Below are positions 13,630-25,109 of a DNA stretch of 64,000 bases, one piece after another (the first letter of the stretch is position 1; each line of letters starts with the position of its first letter). The notes beneath the pieces were generated by a model. That model was not told the origin of the DNA, made no database searches, and worked only from the letters and a program-made list of their open reading frames with translations. Source of the DNA: Octopus vulgaris (taxonomy: Eukaryota); NCBI GenBank assembly GCA_951406725.2, contig OX597828.1, positions 35,092,001-35,156,000 of the forward strand, written 5' to 3'. Both the position numbers and the translations under genes were made by a program.

Positions 13630-13880
13630 GTGGGGTGCATTGGGAATTGTAAGCAAAGATATAGACAAATTGTTTAAGGAAATTAGAATAGAAGGTCGTG
13701 TAGAGCTTCTACAGAAAGTTTACTTCTTAGGGCCAGGAACGATATTATCAGGAGGGTTCTAAGCACTTGGAAGACGATTGGAAAGCTTGTGGATATCTCA
13801 GGCTACAGGTTGTGACCCGCTAGCCACCTAAATCCTTCCAGGAATAAGACCGAACCGGAGTCGAATCAATAATAACGATA
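13630..13880 (+). mobile_element. Short 3' remnant of a second R4/Dong-like LINE
   Basis: GALGIVSKDIDKLFKEIRIEGRVELLQKVYFLGPGTIL matches the GALG..LQK..LLG C-terminus; ends in AAT repeats. Confidence 0.75.
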
Positions 13881-14620
13881 ATAATAAAAGGTGACGATGA
13901 CGACGACGATGATAACGAAGCGACAATTTCAAGTTGCTCATTATGCACAAACTTCTCGACCAATTACAATTTTCGAGAAAATCCAGTCGACTTCAGATCA
14001 ATTGTATATTGAAATATATTGAACAAACGTGACCGTGATGTGCACATTTAGATGCATTTCTGCACGAATGGAATGCAGTTCTCATGTCGGTTCTCCACCA
14101 AGCATCCCGTCTCGACAAACACTGTCTAATGTGGTGGTGGTGGTGGTGGTGGTGGTGGTGGTGGTGGTGATGGTGGTGGTGATGATGATGATGATAAGAA
14201 GGATGGGGAGAAATTGGTGACGGGAGAGGAGGTGGATGATGACGAAGTCGACGATGGTAGTGAGGAGGAGGCGGAGGATAATGGGAATGATATGGAGACA
14301 GACGCGGAGGAGACGGACGGGGAGGAGACGGAAGGTGATAGTGATCATGGTGTAGATGATAATGATGATGATGATGATGAGGAGGAGGAGGAGGAGAAGG
14401 GGAAGAGAAGGAGGAGGAGGGGACAAGGAGGAGCAGAGGGGTCGATGACGAGGAGGAAGAGAAGGAAAGAGATAATGGTGATGGTATGAATGATGCTGAT
14501 AAGGATGATGATGAGGAGAAGGAAGAAGAAGAGAAGGACGTGGAGGTAAATAATAATGTTAATGATATGCAAGGTGAGGAGTAGGATGAGGCTGAGCAGG
14601 AGCAGAATGATGACGATATA

Positions 14621-14665
<45 letters not shown>

Positions 14666-15019
14666 TGGTGGTGGTGGTGGCAATGTAAAAGAAGTTGACC
14701 GTGATGACAACGGGAATAATGATGACACCACCGATAAACCGACAAACGTTTGTAGATGCGGGGGGGATGATGGAGGAGGAGGCAACAGCTGGCTACGTGT
14801 CTCTTAACGATGTGTTTAGTGTGCACACACAGAATTTTAATAGTGTTATGATGCTACGCCGTTTTGTCACATCTTCTCACTATCTTTAGAAGAAGAATAT
14901 ATTTAAATCAAACTCCATGAAAACTCGATACAAAGTGTTGTTGTTATATTTTGCTTTGTTCTGCTTGTTTGTTTTGTATTTTTGTTTTTTTTTTCCCCTA
15001 GCCTATCTCTTTGTCAATC

Positions 15020-15620
15020 TTAATTTGGGAGATGGCAGCAGATCTTTGTTTTACGAGCGTGAACGCCTCTTTCCAGTCCCAACAAGGAAGAAGCCCGATA
15101 TAGCAATAGGGTGTGAGACACGTAAGATAACACACCTTATTGAATCACCTGTTCTACATAAGAAAAATATTGATGCTGCTCAGGTTAAGAAAGGTGTGCT
15201 TTATGAGATGCGACAAGATGACTGTAAAGATACTGGATGGAATGCTGTACACTTTCCTGTAGAAGTTGGATGTAGCGGTTCTATTGGAACCAAGCTGAGA
15301 TGGTGGCTGCTAACAATCGGTGTCGATCAGCGTCAAGCAAACGCCATCTTGAAAAATCCTGTCAACAGTTGAGAGGGCCAGCCAATGGAAAGAGCTGAAA
15401 AAGGATGAAGAAACCTGGTTAGGGAAGAGATGTAAATGAATAAGGCCGGTACCTGTTTGCCTTATACCCCTTATATGGCAATTCAGAACAGCATAACTCC
15501 ACAATTCGAATGGTGCGGATGATCCCGAAATGGATTTACGATCAGATACTAATCAGTTGATTCAGTAGGCAGGGACTCGCATCAGTGAGGGGGAGCCAGT
15601 GTGCCAAAAGGGAGCGCATT
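15020..15620 (+). mobile_element. Decayed Hero-like (RLE-type) non-LTR retrotransposon 3' end
   Basis: ORF 14917-15372 includes LFP..KPDIAI..LIE.PV..NIDAA..K..Y..GW..FPVEVGCSG, the RLE motif set typical of Hero-clade elements. Confidence 0.8.
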
Positions 15621-15829
15621 CTTTTCTGGTGACCCCTGAAACCTACCAGCGTCCGGCACATAAAGGTTTGACAGGCAGCACCAGCACAAGCAAGCTGTTT
15701 AGAAGTCTTTTGAAAGATGACTTCGTAGGGATTTGAACTCGGAATGCACAGAGCCGGAAGACATACTACAAGATATATTTTCTCAAGCCCTAACGACCTT
15801 GGTACTAATGCTTTTTTTCTTTTTTAAGT

Positions 15830-15934
15830 CGAGTAATAATTTTCTCGGTCGCTTATGCCGAGCCGCTATTTAACAAGGACATAAACAAACCAACAACTGT
15901 CAAGCGGTGAGAGTGTGACAAACACAACACTAAT

Positions 15935-15997
<63 letters not shown>

Positions 15998-16354
15998 CAC
16001 ACAAACACACGCATACAGGGCTGACCCTGTATGCGTAAATCAAACCCATTTAATTCCAATGAATGAATTTAATAAAAGCATCTAAATATGAGACATCATG
16101 AAAATTGTTCAAACTGAAGTCCTTCTTCAGCAACACATTTTTGTCCATTCGAGTCGATACAGAATTACAAAAAGTATTTATGGAATTTTGATTTACTGGC
16201 GGGTGACTTCTGGCCAACTCTGTAAATGTTCACGACGGGCTTCGACATAGTTTCCGTCAACCAAATTCAATTACCAAGCATTGGTCGTTAGCACTGAACT
16301 CGAGACCAAGTGGCTGTAAAGCCAGCTTTTCAACCACACAGCCATTGCTGTGCC
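15830..16354 (-). mobile_element. Degenerate SINE A interrupted by a mariner-type MITE
   Basis: 3' part at 15830-15930, expanded internal (CA)n, 5' part at 16232-16354 (ACGACGGGCTT..AACCACACAGCCA). Confidence 0.7.
16016..16222. mobile_element. Tc1/mariner-type MITE
   Basis: Flanked by TA at both ends; ends CAGGGCTGACC versus reverse-complement CAGAGTTGGCC form an imperfect TIR; it splits an otherwise contiguous SINE. Confidence 0.55.
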
Positions 16355-16471
16355 ATTTTATATGACCATCTTATATAATCCGGCCTTCATTTTATTATTA
16401 GAGTTTAATTTGAGGGCGACATAGCTGAGATGTTCAGCAGGTCATTTAGTTAATGCTTAGTTATATCCATA

Positions 16472-16887
16472 AGGCGGCCAGCTAGCAGAAACGTTATGAC
16501 GCCGGGCGAAATGCTTTGCGGTATTTCGTCTGCCGCTACGTTCTGAGTTCAAATTCCGACGAGGTCGACTTTCATCCTTTCATCCTTTCGGGGCCGATTA
16601 AATAAGTACCAGTTACGCACTGGGATCGATATAATCGACTTTGTCTGTCCTTGTTTGTCCCCTCTGTGTTTAGCCCCTCGTGGGTAGTAAAGAAATAGAA
16701 ATAGGTATTTCGTCCGTCTTACGTTCTGAGTTCAAATTCCGCCGAGGTCGACTTTGCCTTTCATCCTTTCGGGGGTTGATAAATTAAGTACCAGTTACGC
16801 ACTGGGGTCGATGTAATCGACTTAATCTCTTTGTCTGTCCTTGGTTGTCCCTTGTATGTTTAACCCCTTGTGGGCAATAGGGAAATA
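16472..16887 (+). mobile_element. SINE B dimer (full copy + headless copy) in one TSD
   Basis: Second unit starts at GGTATTTC (16704); TSD AGTTATATCCA at 16459-16469 and 16888-16898. Confidence 0.9.
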
Positions 16888-17016
16888 AGTTATATCCACG
16901 TTGCTTCACGTCGTTCTTAAGGTTTGTGGTGTTTGACGGATTGACAAACATTTAAAGTCGTTTGACATCGCTGACGCCATTGACATCGTCATTCCCATCA
17001 TTATCATCATAGGCAT

Positions 17017-17063
<47 letters not shown>

Positions 17064-17159
17064 CCACCACTAGCATCGTCAATATTGTTTTCTTCATCGC
17101 CTCAATCATCATCATCATCATCATCATCATCATTACCATCGTCGTCAACTTTGTCGTCG

Positions 17160-17191
<32 letters not shown>

Positions 17192-17814
17192 GCCAACTGC
17201 ATTAAACAGTAGTAACAAGCAAGGCAAAAAAAAAACCCATTCCAATTGACAATACGAACAAAACAAAAACAAACAAATAAGAAAACAAATAAAGAAATAA
17301 AGAAAGAAGAAAGAAACAAGAACCAATATGTTATAAACATACATATAAAACATTCTTCAGATAAGCTGCGTAAAGAATTCGATTATAATCTCCAATTTTC
17401 ATTTGATTTTATCAATACACGTAATTCTTTCGTTATCGATCAAGTTTGCTGTATAAAGGATTTTACTGTTTCTCCGTCTTCACTAAATTTTCGAAATTAA
17501 CTTTAGCAAAAATCAGCGATTGATTTTTTTTACATATATATATGTATGTATGGATGTATGTATGTATGTTTTTTTTAAAAAAAAGAAGAAGAAAAAAGAA
17601 AAAGACGAAAGAAGGAATAAAGGAAAAAAAATAAAAGTTTATCTTTACACTAAAAATCATCAAATTTTCCTTTGTTTTAATGTATATATATATCTAGTAA
17701 TCTAATTGTACGACGTATAAGTATTTGCGTATGCGCGCTCGTGTACGTATGTATATATGTACGCATGGTTTGTGTGCATGTATGTATGTATATTTATACG
17801 TAAATACAATATTC

Positions 17815-17914
<100 letters not shown>

Positions 17915-18129
17915 GCACACACACACAAATATATATATATATATATATATATAAATATATATGTATGTATATCTGCATTTATGTATACACACACACACAC
18001 ACACACACACACGCACGCAGAAGCTTTTTACTTTTTATTGATCATACACACAGCTGAGGTTCTCTTTACCATTTTTTTCTTGCTGTTGGTTTTCACTTTT
18101 CTTTTATTAAATAGCATACTTTCAATCTA

Positions 18130-18132
18130 ATG

Positions 18133-18192
<60 letters not shown>

Positions 18193-18750
18193 GTAAGAAG
18201 AAGAAGAAGAAGAAGAAGAAAAAAGAAGAAGAAGAAGAAGAAAAAAGAAGAAGAAGAAGAAAAAGAAGAAATCTTTATTTAGCTCAGTTTGTTTCTATTG
18301 GTATAGTATTTGTTAGAGTTGTTGTTGTTTTCGACTTCGCACAAATCTAGGTGTTATAGAGAGAAAGAGAGGAGATCATTATACATATATCGATATTACA
18401 AATGTATCGATCCAAGTTTTTAATGATGCTCTATTTTCTTCTTCTTCTTTTTCTTCTTCTTCTTCTTCTTCTTCTTCTTCTTCTTCTTCTTCTTCTTCTT
18501 CTTCTTCTTCTTCTTCTTCTTCTTCTTCTTCGTCTTCTTCTTCATTCATTCATTCTTCTTCTTCGTTATCGTCTTCATTCCTCGTTTTCATTCATTTATC
18601 ATCACCTTCTTCATGATCTCTTTCTTAATCTTTCTTCATCTTCATTTTCTTCTTCTTCTTCTTCTTCTTCTTCTTCTTCTTCTTCTTCTTCTTCTTCTTC
18701 TTCTTCTTCTTCTTCTTCTTCTTCTTCTTCTTCTTCTTCTTCTTCATTCA
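18130..18750. repeat. (AAT)n-(AAG)n tract followed by long (CTT)n tracts
   Basis: Visible simple repeats at 18130-18270 and 18437-18745. Confidence 0.9.
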
Positions 18751-19461
18751 TTCATTCATTCATTCATTTTTCTTCTTGCTTCCATTCTTGATGTTTTTTG
18801 TTGACAGACAGAACTGCTGATGAATAAACAAAACCGGTAGATTGCCGAATGAGTGTACGATGCGCTATCATATCTCTAATAAGCTTATAGTTCCGAGTTG
18901 GAATTCTGCAGGTATCTTTATCTCTTATCCACCCGGGGTAGCTAAAATAAAGTATCAAATAAACTCTGCGGCTAGACAGCCTGATAGATTATACATCTGC
19001 CAACCTTAATAAAAAGAAAGGTTTCTGAGTTTTGTGGCTTGTATCAAAGTTAGAAAACATCATTTTTTACTAACCTAAATATTAGTAAATTCAACTTTAC
19101 ACAATTCTAGGTGTTATAGAGAAAGAGAGAAGATCATTATATATATATATCGATATTAGAAATGTATCGATCTAAGCTTTTAATGATTCTCTATTTCCTT
19201 AAACTGAAGCCCCTTCTCCCAATCCCTGTATGGTTCTTCCGACATCTTCTATCTTCAAGATGCCCCACCCTCACTCTAAAAGACTATGGACGTCTACACA
19301 ATGGTCAAATAGAACATCGAGAATAAAAATGTTTTGCAGTTTTTGTTTCGGCCCTTTACATTCTGAGTTCAAAGCATAATACACGGAGCAGAAACTACTC
19401 ATCTCCTACGAACATATAACCATGTTCTAAAGCGAAGTTACATAATCAAGAATATTTCTAA

Positions 19462-19678
19462 GGCGGTGAGCTGGCAGAATCGTTAGCATGCCGGGTGAAA
19501 TGCTTAAGCGGTATTTCGCCTGTTTTTACGTTCTGAGTTCAAATGCCGCCGGGGTCGACTTTGCCTTTCATCCTTTCAGAGTCGATAAATTAAGTACCAG
19601 TTGCGTACTGGGGTCGATCTAATCGACTGGCCCCCTCCCCCAAAATTTAGGGCCTTGTGCCTAGAGTAGAAAGGATTA
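19462..19678 (+). mobile_element. SINE B, alternative-tail subfamily
   Basis: Same head and body as other B copies; tail CCCCCTCCCCCAAAATTT.GGGCCTTGTGCCTAGAGTAGAAA. Confidence 0.9.
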
Positions 19679-20428
19679 TCATGGATGTTTTTAATTATAA
19701 TCAACCAGGAGTTCAAAGCTCGCCGTTCGTGACCTATTCAGCGACTTCGCGCCAAGGTCTGTTCTGAGTTTTTGACTAACAAACAACCGTTTGATTGTTT
19801 AACAATCAAATCAAAGTTTAGCTCATTAAAACCGATTATGTTATTCAACGGCTATACGATTGATTAAAAAAAAGTGATACTTATGCAACTGGATGGAATG
19901 CTAGTCCGTTGCAGCAATGTTTTCCCATAAATACAAGTGGAAAGTCTCGTTGTTGTTTGTTTAACATGATGTAAATCTGTAATCAAAGTTATTTCAATGT
20001 ATTTTCGGGCATAGCGTATTTAAGAGTCTTTGGATACGGAAAGAATTGGAGAAATTTATCATGAATCCTCACCTGAATGTTTGCAAAGTATTCGTGGGTA
20101 AACGATGATGTTAAACTGAAGCACCCTTAAGATCGCAGTATGCTTCCACCGACATCTACCTAATTTCTGTCCACAAGATCGCCGCTCCTGAAAGACTGTG
20201 GACGTCTACACAATGGTCAAATAGCAACGCAGTAGGATCAAATCCCAAATCACTTGGATTTTGTCTTTTACCATTGAAGTACAAAGCTTAAAATCTTGGG
20301 GAAGGGAACTTGTTGATTACGTAGACTCACTGATTAATTGGTAGTTATTTAAAGGACCCCGAAAGGATGAAGGACTAAGTAGAGCTCGACGGAATTTGAA
20401 CTCAGAACGTAAAGCTGCAAGAAATACC

Positions 20429-20656
20429 TATTTCTTTACTACCCATAAGGGGCTAAACACAGAGGAGACAAACAAGGACAGACAAACGGATTAAGTCGAT
20501 TATATCGACCCCAGTGCGTAACTGGTACTTAATTTATCGACCCCGAAAGGATGAAAGGCAAAGTCGACCTCGGCGGAATTTGAACTCAGAACGTAACGGC
20601 AGACGAAATACAGCTACGCATTTCTCCCGGCGTGCTAACGTTTCTGCCAGCTCGCC
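20429..20656 (-). mobile_element. Young SINE B (GAAATA tail), nested
   Basis: Near-identical to the other young B copies. Confidence 0.92.
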
Positions 20657-20672
20657 TTCCTCTTTTTTTTTG

Positions 20673-20785
20673 TGCTTACTGCACCTAGGTTTCCCAAGCG
20701 GTCACCCATCTAAGTACTGACTAGGCTCGACGTTGCTTAACTTCGGTGATCAGACGAGAACTTTCAACGTGATATGGCCCTAAGC
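20673..20785 (-). pseudogene. 5S rRNA retropseudogene, nearly full length with a small internal deletion
   Basis: Minus strand reads GCTTAGGGCCATATCACGTTGAAAGTTCTCGTCTGATCACCGAAGTTAAGCAACGTCGAGCCTAGTCAGTACTTAGATGGGTGACCGCTTGGGAAACCTAGGTGCAGTAAGCA. It has the 5S internal control region motifs and terminal helix GCTTA/TAAGC, and is followed by A9 rather than an oligo-T terminator. Confidence 0.9.
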
Positions 20786-20972
20786 AAAGAAACCTGCAAG
20801 AAATACCGCTAGTCGTTTCGTCCATCGTGCTAACGACTCCGTCAATTCGCTGCCTTCCAAATCCGCATCATTGAGAATCGAATGTCTTAACGATACAATT
20901 ATCTCTGCGACGCACATACCCTTAAACAAGCCGTAAAATCCTATAAATATTTCTCAAGGTTGGGGGAATATT

Positions 20973-21292
20973 GCTTTCAAATTTTGGCAATTTCAGGAAA
21001 GAGAGCAGTCAATTACATCGGTAGCAGTTTTCAACTGGTACCTGTTTTATTGACCCCGGAAGGATGAAAGGCAAAGTCGACCTCGACGGCATTTGAACTC
21101 AGAATGTAAAGCTACAAGAAATACCGCTAAGCGTTCTGCCTCTAGCGTGCTAACGATTCAGCCAACTTGCCGCCTTCCAAAACCACATCGTTGCAAAGCG
21201 AATGTCTTAACGACGCAATCATTTCTGCGGTGCACACACCCTTAAACAAGCCGTAAAATCTAATAAACAGTTTCCCAGGGTGTGGAATATTG
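20973..21292 (-). repeat. Second unit of a local tandem duplication (SINE B + about 115 bp flank), uninterrupted
   Basis: 21110-21292 aligns with 20794-20972, including non-SINE flank CCCTTAAACAAGCCGTAAAATC. Confidence 0.85.
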
Positions 21293-21479
21293 ATAATTTA
21301 ATCGTTATAGAGTTAAGCCAGATTATTTGCTGGATTTCTTCAGCATTTTCCTTCTTTGTTTTTCTTTTTTCTCTTCTGATTATTTATTTATCTCATCAAC
21401 TTTTATTATCTCAAGCTCGTGATGATATTGCAATCTTTTTTCTTATTTTAGATAATCTAACTTTTTACTCTATCGACCC

Positions 21480-22290
21480 CTCCTCACCTCTCTCTCCTTC
21501 TCTCTATCTCTCTCTCTCTTCTTTCTCCTCTTTCCTTTTATTTCTCTTCCTCAGTCTCACTTTCCATCTCTCTCTCTCAATTCTCTTCCATCTATCTCTT
21601 CACTTCTCTCACCTCTTTCTTCTTTCCTCTTCTTTCTTTATCGTTCTCTCTCTCTCTCTTCTTTCTTACTCTCTCGTTTCCCTTCCGCCTCTTCCTTTCC
21701 TTCTCTCTTTTTTTCGTCTTCTACCAATCCTTTTCTTCCTCTCTCTTTCTCCCTTTTTCTCTCTCTCTCTCTCCCTCTCTCTCTCTCTCCTATACTCTCG
21801 TTTCCCTTCCGCCTCTTCCTTTCCTTCTCTCTTTTTTTCGTCTTCTACCATTCCTTTTCTTCCTCTCTCTTTCTCCCTTTTTCTCTCTCTCTCTCTCCCT
21901 CTCTCTCTCTCTCCTATACTCTCGTTTCCCTTCCGCCTCTTCCTTTCCCCTTTTCTCTATCTCGTTCTTTCCTTCTCTTTCCCCCTCCCCTCTCTGCTTA
22001 CTCTTCTCCATCTTTCTCTACATTCCTTAATTCCCCCTCCCCACCTCTCATATATATTCTAGTTTCCATTCTTCCCAGTTCTTCCTTTTTTTATTTCAAT
22101 TTCCATTCATTCCTGCCAACACCTTTCTCTCCTTTTTTTCTTCTTCTTCCCGCTCTTTATCAAATCGATCTCAGTCTTCTGTCTCTCTCTCTCTCTCTCT
22201 CACACCACTCTTTCATTCTGTTACGTTCTCTCTCTCTCTCTTCATCTTTATTGTTTTCTTTCTTTCTTTCTTTCATTCTTTCTTTCCTTC
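21480..22290. repeat. Polypyrimidine (CT-rich) tract with an internal duplication of period about 124 bp
   Basis: CTCTCGTTTCCCTTCCGCCTCTTCCTTTCC occurs three times (about 21670, 21795, 21919). Confidence 0.85.
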
Positions 22291-22424
22291 TTCGTATCCA
22301 ATTCCCTTATTCAATAACCATACTGGAATTATTATACACTTCAAAATATTGTAATATTGAAGTTTCGCTGAATATCATATGCATCAAGTTGAAATCAGTT
22401 TAATACGACTTTTATTTCACTCAT

Positions 22425-22488
<64 letters not shown>

Positions 22489-22801
22489 TCACTCGAACTG
22501 AAAATCGTTTAAAATCCTCTTCTGTGTTTTTTTTCGTCAATTCACTACATTTTCCCTAAAAATAGCGTCTTTCATATATTTATTCCATCGTATTTCATTC
22601 AACCAATATTTTCCGATTCTTTTCACATTATTTCGTCCCTTTCAAATTTACTTTTTTTTTTATTTCGTTATATATTTTTTTTATGTCTGTTATATTTCAA
22701 ATCTTTTTTTTTTTTTTCTTAATAAAAAATAAAAATAAAAGGTTTCCTCAGAAATAACGTAATTTACCTAACAATCATCATCATTATCATCATCATCATC
22801 G

Positions 22802-22835
<34 letters not shown>

Positions 22836-23329
22836 TATTTTATACTATCCTTACCGTCATCCTTTTCTTTGAATTCTTTAAGGAACCGAAATAGCTACAC
22901 AATATTTTTGTGTTCCTATTGTATCTAAAGTCTGTGGAATTGTAAACAGAAAGAAGATGCGGAGTGGGAGCGAATTATTTAAACCATTCCTGAGAAAAAA
23001 AGTCTTTAATATTTAAATAAAATATCTTCCCTATTTTCTTTGTACGTTTTGAACATGGCTTGGCGTCTACTCTATCATTGTGATATCTATCTTATATCCA
23101 CACTTGTTCGTATATAACACGATGTAAATAAAAATATATATATACCTTAAATAATACCATGGCATTAAGACTTCACCTTTTTCACTTGCAAATTATGGAT
23201 CTCAGAATATAACAAGAATTAATTGTTCCTAAACTCTAAAACTAGTCGAAGATTACCATCTTATACTAACACTACACCGGCTCAGCGTGAGAGCAGAAGA
23301 AATTCGAGCTAAAATTAACGAGAATGGCT

Positions 23330-23560
23330 ATGAACTTAAGTATGGACTAGCTGTCCAAATCATAGGTTTTAAACTCAATCCAAATTAATTCTAGAAGCTA
23401 GAGTTGCTTCAAGTTGTTTTGACCTCATATAAATTTAGCTCTGCTCGTAAATGTGAATCGCGTCGATATAAACCTTATATCGAAGTAAGCAACGAAAACC
23501 AGTTGTATTTCAACCGGAGATCTAGTTGGTTCCAGATACTGACCAATTTCACACAAACAT
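23330..23560 (+). pseudogene. Very decayed Penelope-like endonuclease C-terminus
   Basis: YKFSSARKCE..I..SNENQL.FNRRS resembles the Penelope PY..C.LC..EK..I..LLN.RSE motif. Confidence 0.3.
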
Positions 23561-23814
23561 CTGGTTCTGCTGTGTTTTTAATGCAGTTCGTATTTTTTGT
23601 GTATTTCTTCTTTGCACGCGTTTCTTTTCTTTCTTTTTTTTTTGCGGATATTTTTGTCTTGTAAATGTTTAGGCTGAACATTAACTACATCAAGCTCATA
23701 ATCTGAGAGTCTTTGTATGGATCACAGACGCCGCTGAGGCAATTTCACTTCAAATGATTCACTGAGACTAATGTGTCTTTTAAGTTATCTTTAAACCAAG
23801 ATTAAGACATTAAC

Positions 23815-24075
23815 CCGAGTCAATTAGTGTTCAGCTACCAGCCCACGCTCCGTCGCTCGTCAGGCTGAGAAAGGTACACTGTCAAAGTAGCAATCACTCT
23901 CTGACAAGTTTATGGTCGAACCTGCAGTAGTGGAGGCCTCCGGCATTTCCGGTCCCCAAACCATATACCTGGTTACTGCTCTTCGAGTGGAGATGACTAC
24001 TCGCAAGTGAGAACCTCGTGAGTCAGAATAGCTGTTCCAGTGCAATTCCCTTGCCATTCTCTAGAGCAACGCCTT
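23815..24075 (+). mobile_element. CRE-like non-LTR retrotransposon RLE 3' remnant
   Basis: Manual translation ATSPRSVARQAEKGTLSK*QSLSDKFMVEPAVVEASGISGPQT..EPRESE*LFQCNSLAIL*SNA; homologous to 62575-62880. Confidence 0.7.
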
Positions 24076-24330
24076 TTCCGTTTTGCACACCGGGTAAAAT
24101 GCTTGGCAGCGTTTCACGTTCTGAGTTCAAATCCCGCCGATATTGACTTCCTCTTTCATTCTTGTGGGGTGCCAAAATTTAAAATCAGTTAAACAGGTAA
24201 TTGTTATCTGGAAACAAACGATCGTTTCCTATTGTTCTTGTTGATAATGTTCGGCTCCGAGTCAACCCTAAATGAGCAGATATATGATTAAAGGTTCCCC
24301 AGGCGTGACCACCCTGTCTTTTTGTAATCT

Positions 24331-24694
24331 CGGTTATGACGACGAAGGTTCCAGTTGATCTGATCGACGGAACAGCCTGTTCGTAAAATTAACGTGCAAG
24401 TGGCTGAGTACTCCACAGACACGTGTACCCTTAACGTAGTTCTCGGGGGAGATTCGGCGTGACACAGAGTGTGACAAAGCTGGCCCTTTGAAATACAGGT
24501 ACAACAAGAACAGGAAGAAAGAGAGAAAGTTGTGGTGAAAGAGTACAACAGGGATCGCCACCACCCCTTGCCGGAGCCTCGTGGAGCTTTTAGGTGTTTT
24601 CGCTCAATAAACTCACAACGCCCGGTCTGGGAATCGAAACAGCGATCCTACAACCGCGAGTCCGCTGCCCTAACCACTGGGTCATTGCGCCTCC
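24331..24694 (-). mobile_element. SINE family C (tRNA-Arg-like head), full length
   Basis: Reverse complement of the 30404 copy; TSD TTTTGTAATCT at 24320-24330 and 24698-24708. Confidence 0.92.
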
Positions 24695-24839
24695 ACATTT
24701 TGTAATCTAAGACCACATTGTCGAAAGTGTCCTTCCGTTAGTGTATGATTTGAAGCAATTAGCTGTTAATTTCAGCAAGTCTAATGAGATGACTCTGCTC
24801 AATTTCTCTCAATGCGAGGAAGGTGTAGGGTAGGGTAGG

Positions 24840-25015
24840 GGCTACGCGCGCGCGCTTTGTAAGGAGGGTTAAAAAAGTAAGTGGTTGTCATGATAACAAA
24901 CGTTCGCGATAAAATTAAAATAAAATACTTATTTTTTCCCTTTGCAAAAATTAATTTTTCTAATTTAGATAGACATAATTGATAATTATGACGTCAGGTG
25001 TAGAAATCACGTGCT
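24840..25015. promoter_or_regulatory. Candidate cis-regulatory motif cluster (X-box-like, CRE, E-box)
   Basis: (CG)n at 24845, GTTGTCATGATAAC at 24884-24897, TGACGTCA at 24989-24996, CACGTG at 25008-25013; motif matches only. Confidence 0.3.
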
Positions 25016-25109
25016 GAAGATGGGAATAGTTCTTATTGACGAGATTAAAAATTTTGCTTGCGAGAGAAAAGGAGGGGGGTTCGAATCAGAACTGGGAATT
25101 AGAGAATAA

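Larger units (their letters stand above)
20283..20856 (-). mobile_element. Old SINE B acting as host, split by a nested insertion at 20429-20793
   Basis: Body at 20283-20428 and head at 20794-20856 join into one copy when the insert and one CTGCAAGAAATACC copy are removed. Confidence 0.85.

Noticed and set aside
20514-20720. Recurrent ORFs such as MRNWYLIYRPRKDERQSRPRRNLNSE and [15 protein letters not shown]
   Set aside because: Chance reading frames in SINE B and SINE A; they recur because the SINEs do.
20673-20785. Functional 5S rRNA gene
   Set aside because: Internal deletion, oligo-A instead of a T-run terminator, solitary, and enclosed in a TSD.
21280-22062. 260-aa hydrophobic ORF resembling a membrane protein (also 59806-60594)
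   Set aside because: Polypyrimidine tracts lack stop codons by composition.
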